A stretch of DNA of 64,000 bases from an uncultured Candidatus Saccharibacteria bacterium (GCA_964645245.1 CAZYBS010000001.1:91388-155387); one strand, 5' to 3'; positions 1 to 10,057 are shown, numbered from the stretch's first letter. Numbers and translations are program-made. Notes: generated by a model from the letters alone, not told the origin.

Positions 1-603
1 AGCAAAAAGTCCGCCAGCAAGCGCGCAAAATGCGGAAGTAATTACAAAAACAATAAGCTTATAGTAGCGTGTATTATACCCGAAGATTTGGATAGTCTTG
101 TCGTCTTCTCGGATAGCTTGCAACACTCGGCCAAAGGAACTTTTCGCAACGAAGTGTAGTAATAAATAAGAGAATCCAAAGAATAAAATTGCTAAGATCA
201 AAAAAAGTGAGTGTGTGTTGAAAGCGAAACCAAAAAGAATCGGAGGCCCGATACCTGGAATGCCGAGTGGACCGCGAGTTAGCATCTCAAGATTTTGTGC
301 CAAGCTGTAAACGATCATGGTAAAGCTGAGAGTAGCCAAAACAAAATAATCGCCAGAAAGCTTTGAAAAAACAAAACCGAGAAAATATCCCAGAGCCATA
401 GATAAAATCATGCCAACAAGTACAGCAAGAAAAAAGTTGAAATGAAACATGGTCATCAATACAGCCACAGTATAAGCTCCGATTCCCATAAAAGCTCCGC
501 CGGCAACAGAAATAAGACCGGTATATCCAGAAAGTAAATTCAAGGCAAGTCCGGCTATGCCGAAGATGGAAGAAAGTATTAAGATGTGGAGCAAGTATTC
601 CAT
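1..603 (-). CDS. livM: Branched-chain amino acid ABC transporter permease LivM-like (runs off window start)
   Basis: Manual translation MEYLLHILILSSIFGIAGLALNLLSGYTGLIS...; hydrophobic; follows livH in the operon. Confidence 0.85.
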   Translation of the reverse strand, partial: MEYLLHILILSSIFGIAGLALNLLSGYTGLISVAGGAFMGIGAYTVAVLMTMFHFNFFLAVLVGMILSMALGYFLGFVFSKLSGDYFVLATLSFTMIVYSLAQNLEMLTRGPLGIPGIGPPILFGFAFNTHSLFLILAILFFGFSYLLLHFVAKSSFGRVLQAIREDDKTIQIFGYNTRYYKLIVFVITSAFCALAGGLFA

Positions 604-606
604 ATT

Positions 607-1476
607 TTATTGAAGTCGATAAAATAATCCTTTAGGCCGGATGAGAAGAATGAAAATTAAAACCAAAAAAGCGGTTGGGTCGCGCCATTCAGTTGAAAAT
701 AGAAAAACCGCTGCATTTTCAGCCACCGCCAGGATAAGCCCTCCTAAAATGCCACCTTTGATGTTTCCGATCCCTCCGACAATAGAGGCAATTACTGCCT
801 TCAAGAGAAAAGCCATTCCCATAATAGGTAAAAGTCCGGTGTCGTAGCCGAAAAGAATACCGGAGAGTCCTGCAATTAAGGCACTAACTGCGACAGTTTT
901 CATAATAATTTTCCTGGCCGGAACGCCAGTGATTTCTGCCACTTCCGTATCATCATCAATGGCCCGTAGGGCACGACCGTATTGGCTGTGATAAAGTACA
1001 ATAAGCAGAACTACACTAACTGTTATTGCCGTGAAAATAGTAAGAACATTCACTAGAGTTATATGTCCTCCGAGAATGGTAAAAATTCTTGCCGGGCCGT
1101 CTGATAAAGACTGATATTGACTGGTAAAGAATATTGATATAATTGCAGTTCCGGCAGTGTAAATACCAAGAGAGGCTATTAGTGGAACTAAATTTGATAC
1201 GTTCTTTTTTTTCTGGAAACGACTGTAAATAAAAACATCGAGTATGAGCGCCATAAGCATTGTAATCCCCAGGGCAAGGAGTAGAGCAAGTAAAAAAGAA
1301 AAATCAAATTCCCGTTTAAATAAAAACATCAGATACCCGCCGAGAGTAATAAGAACCCCATAAGATATATCAAAAAACTTTCTCGTTTTGTAGAGTAAAT
1401 TAAAACCAAGCGACAGGAGAACATAGCCTCCCGCTGCGAGGACTGTATTAAGGATGATCTGGACAAATATGGACAT
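607..1476 (-). CDS. livH: Branched-chain amino acid ABC transporter permease LivH-like
   Basis: Multi-TM; GRALRAIDDDTEVAEITGV (EAA-like) and SIVGGIGNIKG motifs. Confidence 0.9.
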   Translation of the reverse strand: MSIFVQIILNTVLAAGGYVLLSLGFNLLYKTRKFFDISYGVLITLGGYLMFLFKREFDFSFLLALLLALGITMLMALILDVFIYSRFQKKKNVSNLVPLIASLGIYTAGTAIISIFFTSQYQSLSDGPARIFTILGGHITLVNVLTIFTAITVSVVLLIVLYHSQYGRALRAIDDDTEVAEITGVPARKIIMKTVAVSALIAGLSGILFGYDTGLLPIMGMAFLLKAVIASIVGGIGNIKGGILGGLILAVAENAAVFLFSTEWRDPTAFLVLIFILLIRPKGLFYRLQ

Positions 1477-1479
1477 CCT

Positions 1480-2628
1480 CTACTTAGTATACAACATCAC
1501 TGCTCCATTTTTGATGACCTTCGGAACATGTCCGCCAGCCACATCCCCATTACTTCCAATAGTAACTTTGCCTGAAGCACCATCCCAATCTTTTAAGGTT
1601 CGAATCCATTTGGATAGCTTTTGACCATTATTCCCAACAGCTTTTATGCCTTCTGCAAGTATATAGACACTATCATATTCCGTCTGGCCATAGCTTTGGT
1701 AGGGCGTGTCTGCACTATATTTCGCTTTATATGCGTCTAATAAATGTTTGAAGGTTGGATTATTGGGATCAGTACTAAACTCTGCTCCTAGTGTATCTTC
1801 AAGTGCAACTTTATTATCCAACACAGTCTTAGCATCGCCAGTAACAGCGTCTGAAACAAGAAGCGGAACTTTCCACTTAAGCTCAGTCATTTGTTTCAGT
1901 ATGCGCATAGCTACTGCTGGAGTTTGCGTGTCAATAAAAAGAGCATCCGGATTTTGAGCTTTCAACTTTGTTAAAGAAGATCGAAAGTCGGTAGTGCTGG
2001 AAGGAAATTCTTCTTTGAGGGTCTTGCCGCCAAAAGCGGAGAAGTTTGCGTCAAAAGCTTTATAAATACCGAGCGGATAATCTAATTGCTCCTGCATGAA
2101 AGCCACGGTTTTCCAGCCTTTGTCGTTGTAAGAAACATCAGCGAGAACTTTTCCTTGAGTAGAATCGCTAGGATAGTTACGAACAAAGTATTGACTCTTC
2201 CCCGTTAAGTCTGGACTTGAAGAACCAGGTGAGAAAAGAAGCACCCGAGCAGCAGTAGCAATCGGTTCAGCCGCAAGTGATTCACTTGAGCAGAACCCGC
2301 CAATTATTACTTGCACTTTGTCTGCATTTACCAGTTTTTGAGCTGCGCTAGCCGCAGAAGGACCAGAACATTTCCCATCTTCAAAAATCATTTGAAGTGG
2401 TTTACTGTTCACTCCTCCTGCTTGATTAATTTCATCTGCTGCAAGCGCAATAACATTTTGTCCCGGTTCACCATATACAGCGGCATCACCAGTAAGCGGC
2501 AATATTACACCGATCTTAATAGTGCTAGCCTCTCCCCCCACTCCCTTTTTACCACTCATTGAAGATATTCCCCAAATAATAAGAATTGCAACCACTCCCC
2601 ACGCAATAACTTTTCCTGTTGTAGTCAT
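1480..2628 (-). CDS. Branched-chain amino acid ABC substrate-binding protein (LivK/LivJ family)
   Basis: N-terminal anchor; IKIGVILPLTG, EINQAGGVN, IIGGFCSS motifs. Confidence 0.9.
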   Translation of the reverse strand: MTTTGKVIAWGVVAILIIWGISSMSGKKGVGGEASTIKIGVILPLTGDAAVYGEPGQNVIALAADEINQAGGVNSKPLQMIFEDGKCSGPSAASAAQKLVNADKVQVIIGGFCSSESLAAEPIATAARVLLFSPGSSSPDLTGKSQYFVRNYPSDSTQGKVLADVSYNDKGWKTVAFMQEQLDYPLGIYKAFDANFSAFGGKTLKEEFPSSTTDFRSSLTKLKAQNPDALFIDTQTPAVAMRILKQMTELKWKVPLLVSDAVTGDAKTVLDNKVALEDTLGAEFSTDPNNPTFKHLLDAYKAKYSADTPYQSYGQTEYDSVYILAEGIKAVGNNGQKLSKWIRTLKDWDGASGKVTIGSNGDVAGGHVPKVIKNGAVMLYTK

Positions 2629-2684
2629 AAAAATAATAAATTAAAATTAATAATATACTAAAAGTCTAGCAGAATTAATTTAAT

Positions 2685-2799
2685 TGTCAAACTTTATAGT
2701 CAATAAAATGTTAATAACTCTTTGACTGAAGAGAGTCTTTTAAAAACATTAATTTTTTGTGGAAAAATATTGACACAAATATACTAAATAATATATACT
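2685..2799. promoter_or_regulatory. Divergent promoter pair (liv operon / TrmB-1)
   Basis: Outward-facing TTGACA boxes at 2685-2690(-) and 2770-2775(+); TATACT at 2794-2799, 6 nt before ATG 2806. Confidence 0.65.
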
Positions 2800-2805
2800 C
2801 ATTCT

Positions 2806-3597
2806 ATGACTCGTATACAACAACAAGAGCATATAAATCTGGAACAATCTTTAATAGAGATAGGCCTTTCAAAGAAGGAGGCGGGAGTATATATTGCATT
2901 ACTTTTACTCGGCCATGGAACAGTCTCGCAAATCTCTCGCCGGGCCAATATCAATCGTACGACTGGCTACGATATTCTGGACTCCCTGTCCACCAAAGGA
3001 CTCGTCAGCATTTCCGGCAAGGAACCAAAACAGGAATACAGCGCCGAATCACCGGAAAATTTAAGCAAGTTTATTTCCGAAGATATAAAAAATAAAAACG
3101 AAGCATTAAAAAAAACGGAAGAGATTATTCCAGAATTGAAATCAATACATAATGTGAAAGACCGGCCAAAAGTATTTTTTTATGAAGGCCGGGAAGGATT
3201 GGAAAAAGTTTATGAAGATACGCTTACTTCAACTGAGACCATCCGGGCTTATGCAAATGTAGAGCATATGAATGCAGGACTGCCGGGATATTTCCCAGAA
3301 TATTTCAAGAGGCGAGCTTCCAAGGGAATTTTTATTCGCGGTATTGGTCCAAAAACAGAAGAAAATATTGAACTAGGGAAACGCAATGTTGAAGAAAAAC
3401 GTGAAATGGCTTTAGTCCCGAGAGATAAATACGACTTTGTTCCGGAAATAAATATTTATGATAATAAAGTTATGATTGCTTCCTGGCACGAACAACTCGG
3501 CATCATTATTGAAAGCACGGAAATAGCCGATGCGATGAAAGTAATATACGAACTCGCCTGGGCCGAAGCAAAGAGATTGGATAAAACTGAAAATTAG
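2806..3597 (+). CDS. TrmB-family transcriptional regulator
   Basis: N-terminal wHTH (IGLSKKEAGVYIALL...INRTTGYDILDSL), FFYEGREG linker, EINIYDNKV C-domain. Confidence 0.85.
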   Translation: MTRIQQQEHINLEQSLIEIGLSKKEAGVYIALLLLGHGTVSQISRRANINRTTGYDILDSLSTKGLVSISGKEPKQEYSAESPENLSKFISEDIKNKNEALKKTEEIIPELKSIHNVKDRPKVFFYEGREGLEKVYEDTLTSTETIRAYANVEHMNAGLPGYFPEYFKRRASKGIFIRGIGPKTEENIELGKRNVEEKREMALVPRDKYDFVPEINIYDNKVMIASWHEQLGIIIESTEIADAMKVIYELAWAEAKRLDKTEN

Positions 3598-4160
3598 TAT
3601 TTTCTAATCACCGCCTTTAGAACTGCGTTGATGTTAAGAGTATAAGTTGGATAGATTGGCTTATAATTTTTATTGGCGGGTTCCAGCCAGACTTTGGCGC
3701 CATTTTTGCGAAAGTATTTCATCGTGAATTCCCCGTCTACTTCGGCGATAACTATCTCGCCGTCTTTCGCCTGATTGGTCTTCTCCACCAAGACCATGTC
3801 GCCCTTTTCTATATGTGCGTCTATCATAGAGTCCCCGTCCACTTCCAGCATATAAGTTAACGCTTTGTTTTTAACAAGTAAATCGTCAAGGTTCACGGTG
3901 TCCGCCAATTCTTCTTCCACTGTGGCTGGGAATCCCGCGGTGACAAGCCCGAGCATCGGAACTTCTCCGAAAATCTTGCTTGGGACGAGTCTGCCCAAAT
4001 GATCTTTCACCACCAATCCGGCCTCCATCAATTTCTCCACCACTCTAAACACGGCGTTCTTGGATTTGAAGCCGAAAAGTTTCGTCATTTCCGAGTAGGT
4101 GGGCATTCTTTTATTTTGCGAGTAGAAAGATTCTAATTTTATTTGGTGTAGATTACGCAT
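3594..4160 (-). CDS. lexA: LexA repressor
   Basis: MPTYSEM wHTH, VTAGFP Ala-Gly cleavage site, GDSM Ser and TMK Lys dyad. Confidence 0.92.
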   Translation of the reverse strand: MRNLHQIKLESFYSQNKRMPTYSEMTKLFGFKSKNAVFRVVEKLMEAGLVVKDHLGRLVPSKIFGEVPMLGLVTAGFPATVEEELADTVNLDDLLVKNKALTYMLEVDGDSMIDAHIEKGDMVLVEKTNQAKDGEIVIAEVDGEFTMKYFRKNGAKVWLEPANKNYKPIYPTYTLNINAVLKAVIRKY

Positions 4161-4359
4161 AGATGTTCTTGCGGAAGAATAAGTGAATCATTCTTTGCGC
4201 AAGACTTCGTCTGGTATGATAGCGAACTTTCTGCAAGAGTAATTTATGATCTCTGGCTTCCTTAAAATACGCTTCCCCTTGGAGAATTTTCAAATCAATT
4301 TTCTTGTTGATTTTCTGTATTTCCCTTTCTAACATTTTTAAATATTGTGTTTGTAACAT
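4153..4359 (-). CDS. Small basic hypothetical protein co-transcribed with lexA
   Basis: 68-aa ORF overlapping the lexA start by 8 nt, downstream of the LexA-boxed promoter. Confidence 0.7.
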   Translation of the reverse strand: MLQTQYLKMLEREIQKINKKIDLKILQGEAYFKEARDHKLLLQKVRYHTRRSLAQRMIHLFFRKNIYA

Positions 4360-4380
4360 AAATAATAAATTTAGTAATAA

Positions 4381-4432
4381 TACCCCCTCCTATTTCTCCT
4401 CCCCCTATATAGGGGGAGGCTGGGTAGGGGTA
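4381..4432. repeat. REP-like palindrome, family A (CCCC/GGGG hairpin)
   Basis: TACCCC...CCTCCCCCTATATAGGGGGAGG...GGGGTA; same inner hairpin as the rsmA insert at 32339-32393. Confidence 0.75.
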
Positions 4433-4449
4433 AGGAACGACCTGCAGTT

Positions 4450-4479
4450 AGTATAAGTGAACGAGCGTTCACTTGTCAA
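4450..4479 (-). promoter_or_regulatory. lexA operon promoter with GAAC-N4-GTTC SOS box in the spacer
   Basis: TTGACA (4479-4474), 18 nt, TATACT (4455-4450); palindrome AAGTGAAC-GAGC-GTTCACTT at 4455-4474. Confidence 0.8.
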
Positions 4480-4554
4480 TATGGGGCTGTGGATAACCCA
4501 AAATGATTAAAAATAGATATTAAGCTATAGTTTTGTTGGAGAGGAGAACACGCA

Positions 4555-4851
4555 ATGCTCAAACCACTTCCAGGTATTGTCATCGGCGTCTTGCTGGTGC
4601 TCGTATTCTATGGCGTAAATATCTGGTCGGCCTCTCAGGCCGATTATCGGCACGAGATTGCCACCGCAGAAATCCTGCTTAGGGGCGATCAAGTATCGCC
4701 CACTGAGTACGAAGAATTTTCCAAAATCGGGTGTTTCTTGAACACCAAGTCCCGCTACTTCTACAAGCGCGTAACTGAGCAGGGACTCAAGAGAGAGGAA
4801 GTGGAAAGGCTCTGTGCGAGCGTGCAGGTCAGGGCATTCGTCGTGAATTGA
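4555..4851 (+). CDS. Orphan small protein with N-terminal TM/signal
   Basis: GAGGAG SD upstream, hydrophobic N-terminus, followed by a terminator. Confidence 0.65.
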   Translation: MLKPLPGIVIGVLLVLVFYGVNIWSASQADYRHEIATAEILLRGDQVSPTEYEEFSKIGCFLNTKSRYFYKRVTEQGLKREEVERLCASVQVRAFVVN

Positions 4852-4887
4852 GTTCATGTGCGGGGCGACAGCGGTTTGGATAAAATC

Positions 4888-4940
4888 AGTCTCGACGGGA
4901 AAAGCGCTTGACGCTGCCCCGCCGAGACTTTTCCTTTTCT
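4888..4940 (+). terminator. Intrinsic terminator with alternative upstream pairing
   Basis: AGTCTCG...CGAGACT stem plus TTTCCTTTTCT tract. Confidence 0.6.
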
Positions 4941-5008
4941 GACTTAATACCATAATAACCACGGCCGTTGCTATTATGATATTATATAAAATTTCCAGCT
5001 AGGCAAGC

Positions 5009-6565
5009 CTAACTATTCACTTTCGGCCGATACTGTATCGCCTCCAGGATATGATTCGCTTGCACATCGGGAGAACTTTCCAAGTCGGCGATGGTACGGG
5101 CGATTTTGATGACGCGGTGATAGGCGCGGGCGGAGAGTCCAAGACGCTCGGCGCTGTCATCCAGCAAATCCCTGACTTCTTTAGTAAGTTTAACCATGCT
5201 TCCCAAGTCTTTGACATTCATTTCACTATTGGTGGCTATATCTCTATTTAATTTTTGAAATCGGCTTTTCTGAATTTCTCGCGCTTTTTGCACACGCACT
5301 TTTATTTTTTCGCTCTCCTCCCCGTCCCGCTTACTTCCCTCTGCGCCCAGCTTTTTATAATCCACATTGCCGACCGAGACCCAGAGGTCAATGCGGTCTA
5401 TTATTGGTCCGGATAACTTTCTTTTATACCTGTCCAAGTCGGACGGCTTGCAGATACATTGTTTCTTTTTGCTTCCGGCATTTCCGCAGGGGCAAGGATT
5501 CATCGCCGCAATTAAAATAAAATTAGACGGGAAAATTGCCGAGCCTTTGGCGCGGGAAATTGAAACAATATTATCTTCCAATGGCTGCCGCAGCGACTCT
5601 ATCACTCTTTTTTCAAATTCCGGAAATTCATCCAGAAATAAAACCCCTCGGTGCGCCAGCGTCACTTCCCCCGGTTTTGGATATGTTCCCCCGCCGACAA
5701 TAGAGACATAAGACGAAGTGTGATGCGGAGCGCGGAACGGAGGGAAACACACCAGCTCGCCCCTGGCACTTCCGGCCACCGAATGAATACCGGTTATTTC
5801 CAAGACTTCGTCAGCACTTAAATCAGGCAATAAACCCGAGAACACTCGAGCCAGCATCGTCTTGCCGGTGCCGGGCGGACCATACATGGCAATGTTGTGT
5901 CCGCCCGCCGCGGCAATTTCCAGCCCGCGCTTGGCGCCTTCTTGCCCGCGAATGTCGGAAAAATCCCCGCCTTTCATTTCTCTCTTGTAACTTATTTTAG
6001 TCTTCGGCTGAGCAGGGATTTTCTTTTTTTTATTTTCCAAGTTTTTCTTTTCATTAATATGTTCTATAACTTCTTGTAAATTGCCAGCGCCGAAAATTTT
6101 TAGACCCTCTACTAATGCCGCTTCAACTGCATTTTCTTTGGGCAAATATATTTCCTCATATCCGCGCCTTTTGGCTTCTTCCGCCAGTGGCAGCGCCCCC
6201 CGGATACTGCGCAGTATGCCATCCAGCCCCAGTTCGCCTAGAAAAATCCTTTTCTCCGAATTAAATTTAATATCACCGCTAGCAGAAAGATAGGCAATAG
6301 CAATCGCCAAATCAAAAAACGGCCCTTCTTTTTTTAAGTCAGCCGGTGAAAGTGAGACGGTTATTTTTTGATTTTTGGCTTTCGGAGATTTAAAACCGGA
6401 ATTTTTTACGGCGCCGCTGACTCGGTCTTTTGATTCATCCACCGCTTTATCCGGCAGACCCACCACACTAAAAGCATGAAGTCCTTTTGATAAATCCACC
6501 TCAATTGTCACAATGACTCCTTTTAACAAATTTACTTGGGCTGAATAGACTTTGGCAAAAGACAT
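5009..6565 (-). CDS. comM: ComM/YifB Mg-chelatase-like AAA+ ATPase
   Basis: VVGLPDKAVDES, GPPGTGKTML, LAHRGVLFLDE, MNPCPCG, LSGPIIDRID. Confidence 0.93.
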   Translation of the reverse strand: MSFAKVYSAQVNLLKGVIVTIEVDLSKGLHAFSVVGLPDKAVDESKDRVSGAVKNSGFKSPKAKNQKITVSLSPADLKKEGPFFDLAIAIAYLSASGDIKFNSEKRIFLGELGLDGILRSIRGALPLAEEAKRRGYEEIYLPKENAVEAALVEGLKIFGAGNLQEVIEHINEKKNLENKKKKIPAQPKTKISYKREMKGGDFSDIRGQEGAKRGLEIAAAGGHNIAMYGPPGTGKTMLARVFSGLLPDLSADEVLEITGIHSVAGSARGELVCFPPFRAPHHTSSYVSIVGGGTYPKPGEVTLAHRGVLFLDEFPEFEKRVIESLRQPLEDNIVSISRAKGSAIFPSNFILIAAMNPCPCGNAGSKKKQCICKPSDLDRYKRKLSGPIIDRIDLWVSVGNVDYKKLGAEGSKRDGEESEKIKVRVQKAREIQKSRFQKLNRDIATNSEMNVKDLGSMVKLTKEVRDLLDDSAERLGLSARAYHRVIKIARTIADLESSPDVQANHILEAIQYRPKVNS

Positions 6566-6572
6566 GGTGATT

Positions 6573-6935
6573 TTAATTCTCTAAATGCTTTTTGCAGGTT
6601 CGAGCGGCCGGATTGGCTTCCAGGCGCGTCATTTCAATATCTTTTTTACAGACCTCGCACTTGCCGAAAGATTCCCTATTTAATCCCTTCAGCGCTTTCA
6701 AAATGTTATTTAATCTGGGCTCCAGGGTTTTAATCATCGAACTCCTCGCCTCAAAGTCCTCAAACCGGTCGGCCATATCATTCTGGTCCGACTGTGGAAA
6801 ATTTAGCTCTTCGGGCGTCGCCTCCCACTCGTCTGTCTCAACATTCAGTTTGCCCATATCTCGCAATTCCTCTAAAAGTATGTCGCGTTCTTTTTCTAAT
6901 TTATCTTTAATTTTTTGCTTATCTAACATGAACAC
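6573..6935 (-). CDS. TraR/DksA-family zinc-finger protein
   Basis: Coiled coil with DMAD tip; FGKCEVC...RLEANPAARTCKKH. Confidence 0.85.
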   Translation of the reverse strand: MFMLDKQKIKDKLEKERDILLEELRDMGKLNVETDEWEATPEELNFPQSDQNDMADRFEDFEARSSMIKTLEPRLNNILKALKGLNRESFGKCEVCKKDIEMTRLEANPAARTCKKHLEN

Positions 6936-6970
6936 ATGATAGCATGCTGTATTTTCATAGCAAGTTTATA

Positions 6971-7813
6971 TCACTTTTTAATTTGGCTGGAAGCCAGGCG
7001 GAGCATTATTTCATGCGTGGCATTTTCAGTCTGGGTGATAATGACCGAAGTATCATCCGCAAAAATATACATCATCACTGTCTTACCATCTTTGTCATAA
7101 AGAATACGCGCATTTTTGTTTTGCACAATATTGTCCTCAAAATTTTTAGTCAGAAGATATTTCGTTTCCGGAGAAATATTAAATCCAAAGAAATCATGCA
7201 AATCAAGAAACATTTTGTTTTCCCAAGCGCGCCAAGAATCGAAAACATCAGCTAGGGAACGCACTTTAAGCAGCATAAAAAAGTCATTGGTATCATTATT
7301 GACAACACCAAGTAAAAAATTATCATTCACAAAATTATCTGGCGGAAAATCTGCCTTTATAAGTTCCATAAATCTTCTGAGCCTTATTATTCTTTTATCG
7401 AAAGTGAGATAAATTCCTTCCACTCCTCCGTTTTTAACTTGCGTTGTATTAACTTCATTTAGAATAGTTTGAACTATTTCGTTTTTACTAAAACCTTTCA
7501 CTTCAAAAAAGGCACTTTGGTCGTTAAAAATAATAGGTACGAATTGTTTTTCCGGCTCAACCGTGTAAATCTCATTTCTGAAAAAGAAAAACAGCAAAAT
7601 GGCAAAAGCGGTCAAAGTTAAGGTTAAACTTGTAAACATGAAAAGTTTGTTCTTTTTTGACTCCGGAGAGTATTGCTCTTTCTCTATTTCATGTTCTTCC
7701 TCCCCGTGAATTATTTTTTTTATTAGTCCTCCCTTGTCATCTTCAATTACCTTGGCCATATCTTCGGCATAGGTTTGCACAATCTTATTTTGCGTTCTGT
7801 TATCTTGCTGCAT
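6971..7813 (-). CDS. Single-TM hypothetical protein (start revised to MQQDNRTQ)
   Basis: ATG directly after the pnp stop; the longer ORF-track N-terminus overlaps pnp. Confidence 0.7.
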   Translation of the reverse strand: MQQDNRTQNKIVQTYAEDMAKVIEDDKGGLIKKIIHGEEEHEIEKEQYSPESKKNKLFMFTSLTLTLTAFAILLFFFFRNEIYTVEPEKQFVPIIFNDQSAFFEVKGFSKNEIVQTILNEVNTTQVKNGGVEGIYLTFDKRIIRLRRFMELIKADFPPDNFVNDNFLLGVVNNDTNDFFMLLKVRSLADVFDSWRAWENKMFLDLHDFFGFNISPETKYLLTKNFEDNIVQNKNARILYDKDGKTVMMYIFADDTSVIITQTENATHEIMLRLASSQIKK

Positions 7814-7814
7814 A

Positions 7815-10031
7815 CTATTTATTTCCGCCAAAGGCGGATCCGCCTCGGGCGGAGAAAAAATCTTTATCGGCTTCCTTGATAGACAAACTGATTCTCCCCA
7901 TCTCCCTATCAACTTTTATAACCTTCACCGGAACAATCATACCTTCTTTTATTATATCGCTAACTCGTTCCACGCGAAATGGCGCCAATTCAGAGATATG
8001 CACCATCCCATCGGTAGAAGAATTAAGCCTAACAAATGCCCCAAATTCGGCAACTTTCACGACTTCGCCTTTGAGCACATCCCCCACTGCATATTCGTGC
8101 GTTATTTCTTCCACGATAACCTTGGCAGCCTCGGCTGAACCATCTTTGCCTGTAAGATAGACTGTTCCATCATCTTCAATGGTAATTTCCGCCCCAGTCC
8201 TTTCTTTAATTTCTTTAATGGTCTTGCCCCCGCTACCAATTACCATGCCAATCTGGTCCGGCTTAATTTTAATAATCAAAATCTTCGGAGCATTTGGAGA
8301 AATATTTTTACGTGGAGCTGGAATTTCTTTTTCAATTCTATCTATTATAGCCACTAGCGCTTTTTTTGCTTGCCTCATCGCCTCGCCCAATATTTTTATC
8401 GGCACTCCTTCCACTTTCACATCGAGTTGTATAGCAGTGACCCCTTCTCGTGTGCCGGCAATTTTAAAATCCATGTCGCCATGATGATCTTCCGGCCCTT
8501 GGATATCCGTTAAGATCTTATATCTTAACGGCGCTGAACTACGCGAACTAGACGCTGACTGACGCTGAATTTTGTCTGCGTTTTTCTGCGTGAAGTCTAC
8601 GGCGGTCTGCGGCGCTAGCATAAGCCCCATCGCGATGCCGGCGACCGGCGCCTTGATTGGTACCCCGCCGTCCATCAGGGCAAGGGTAGAAGCGCAAATT
8701 GAAGCCTGAGAAGTAGAACCATTCGAAGCCATAGATTCAGAGACGACGCGTATCGTATATGGGAACTCTGCAACAGTTGGTAAAACCATTGCCAGTGCTT
8801 TTTCAGCCAGGGCGCCATGACCGACTTCCCGACGATTAGTAAATCCCGCTCTGCCCACTTCCCCTCCCGAATAAGGTGGAAAGTTATAGTGATGCATAAA
8901 TCTTTTTTCAACTTTTAATTGCATGCCGTCAATTAAGTGCCTGTCTTCCGGACCGCCCAGTGTCAGTACGGAGAGAACGTGTGTTCCCCCGCGGTAAAAA
9001 ATTCCAGAACCATGCAAGACGGAAGATATCCCCCCAGCCTGAGCATAAAGGTCGCGAAGTTTATCCATTCCCCTGCCATCGGCGCGTTTGTTTTCTTTTA
9101 TAGCTTTGTCATGCAATATATTATTTTCTGTATCATCAAATAAATTATCCTCTAAAACGAAATCTTCCCGGTCAGGAAATTTTTCTTTTACAAAATTATT
9201 CCAGGTGGTGTGCAGTGCATCTATTTTTCCTTTGCCTGCGCCGGAGAAAATAGCCTCCTCCATCTTGGGCAGAATATTTTCATTAAATAATGCCACCGAT
9301 TCCGGAGAGATTTGCTCTTTTTCTATGACTCTTTTTTTCTTGCCTATTTCGGCAACTACTTTCTTCTGGAAATTTTCTAGTTTGGTAATTTCCTCGCTAG
9401 CTCGCCTGAGAGCCTCTTCCAATTCTTCTTCTTTAGTCTGATGGGCCGCTGCTTCAATCATATTGATATTCCCACCTTTACCACAAACTGTTAAATCAAA
9501 TTTGTATTCCGAGTTCTCGTCACATAGCTTTGATGAGACATTGATTTTCAGGTTATTGTTATCATATTTGCCTATTTTTACAGCGCCAATCGGCCCATTC
9601 CAGGGAATATCGGAAACAAGAAGGGCAAGCGAGGCCGCATTCACGGCCAGTATCGTAGGGTCATTGTCGTCAACGGAAATAACTGTCACGATTACTTGCA
9701 CCGCATGGCGAATGGATTGGTTAAAAAGCGGACGGAGCGTCCGGTCAATAACCCGGCTAGCCAATATTGCATCCTCGGACGGCTTGCCTTCTCTGCGGGT
9801 AAAGCGAGAACCCAAAATTTTCCCGGCTGCATAGAATTTCTCCACATAGTCAACCGTCAAATTAAAAAAGTCTAAACCTTCTCGGCTATCTTTAGACATA
9901 CAAACAGTCGCCAGAACGACACTCTCGCCGTACTTCAACATTACTGAACCATGAGCTTGTTCGGCCAAATCCGTAAAAATAGCAGTCAAAGTTTTTCCAC
10001 CAATTTCCACCGAGTATTCTTTTTTTTGCAT
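7815..10031 (-). CDS. pnp: Polyribonucleotide nucleotidyltransferase
   Basis: Two RNase PH domains (RREVGHG, SNGSTS, DMDFKIAGT), KH and S1 domains. Confidence 0.97.
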   Translation of the reverse strand: MQKKEYSVEIGGKTLTAIFTDLAEQAHGSVMLKYGESVVLATVCMSKDSREGLDFFNLTVDYVEKFYAAGKILGSRFTRREGKPSEDAILASRVIDRTLRPLFNQSIRHAVQVIVTVISVDDNDPTILAVNAASLALLVSDIPWNGPIGAVKIGKYDNNNLKINVSSKLCDENSEYKFDLTVCGKGGNINMIEAAAHQTKEEELEEALRRASEEITKLENFQKKVVAEIGKKKRVIEKEQISPESVALFNENILPKMEEAIFSGAGKGKIDALHTTWNNFVKEKFPDREDFVLEDNLFDDTENNILHDKAIKENKRADGRGMDKLRDLYAQAGGISSVLHGSGIFYRGGTHVLSVLTLGGPEDRHLIDGMQLKVEKRFMHHYNFPPYSGGEVGRAGFTNRREVGHGALAEKALAMVLPTVAEFPYTIRVVSESMASNGSTSQASICASTLALMDGGVPIKAPVAGIAMGLMLAPQTAVDFTQKNADKIQRQSASSSRSSAPLRYKILTDIQGPEDHHGDMDFKIAGTREGVTAIQLDVKVEGVPIKILGEAMRQAKKALVAIIDRIEKEIPAPRKNISPNAPKILIIKIKPDQIGMVIGSGGKTIKEIKERTGAEITIEDDGTVYLTGKDGSAEAAKVIVEEITHEYAVGDVLKGEVVKVAEFGAFVRLNSSTDGMVHISELAPFRVERVSDIIKEGMIVPVKVIKVDREMGRISLSIKEADKDFFSARGGSAFGGNK

Positions 10032-10057
10032 ATTGCGACCCCGCTTAGCGGGGTAAA

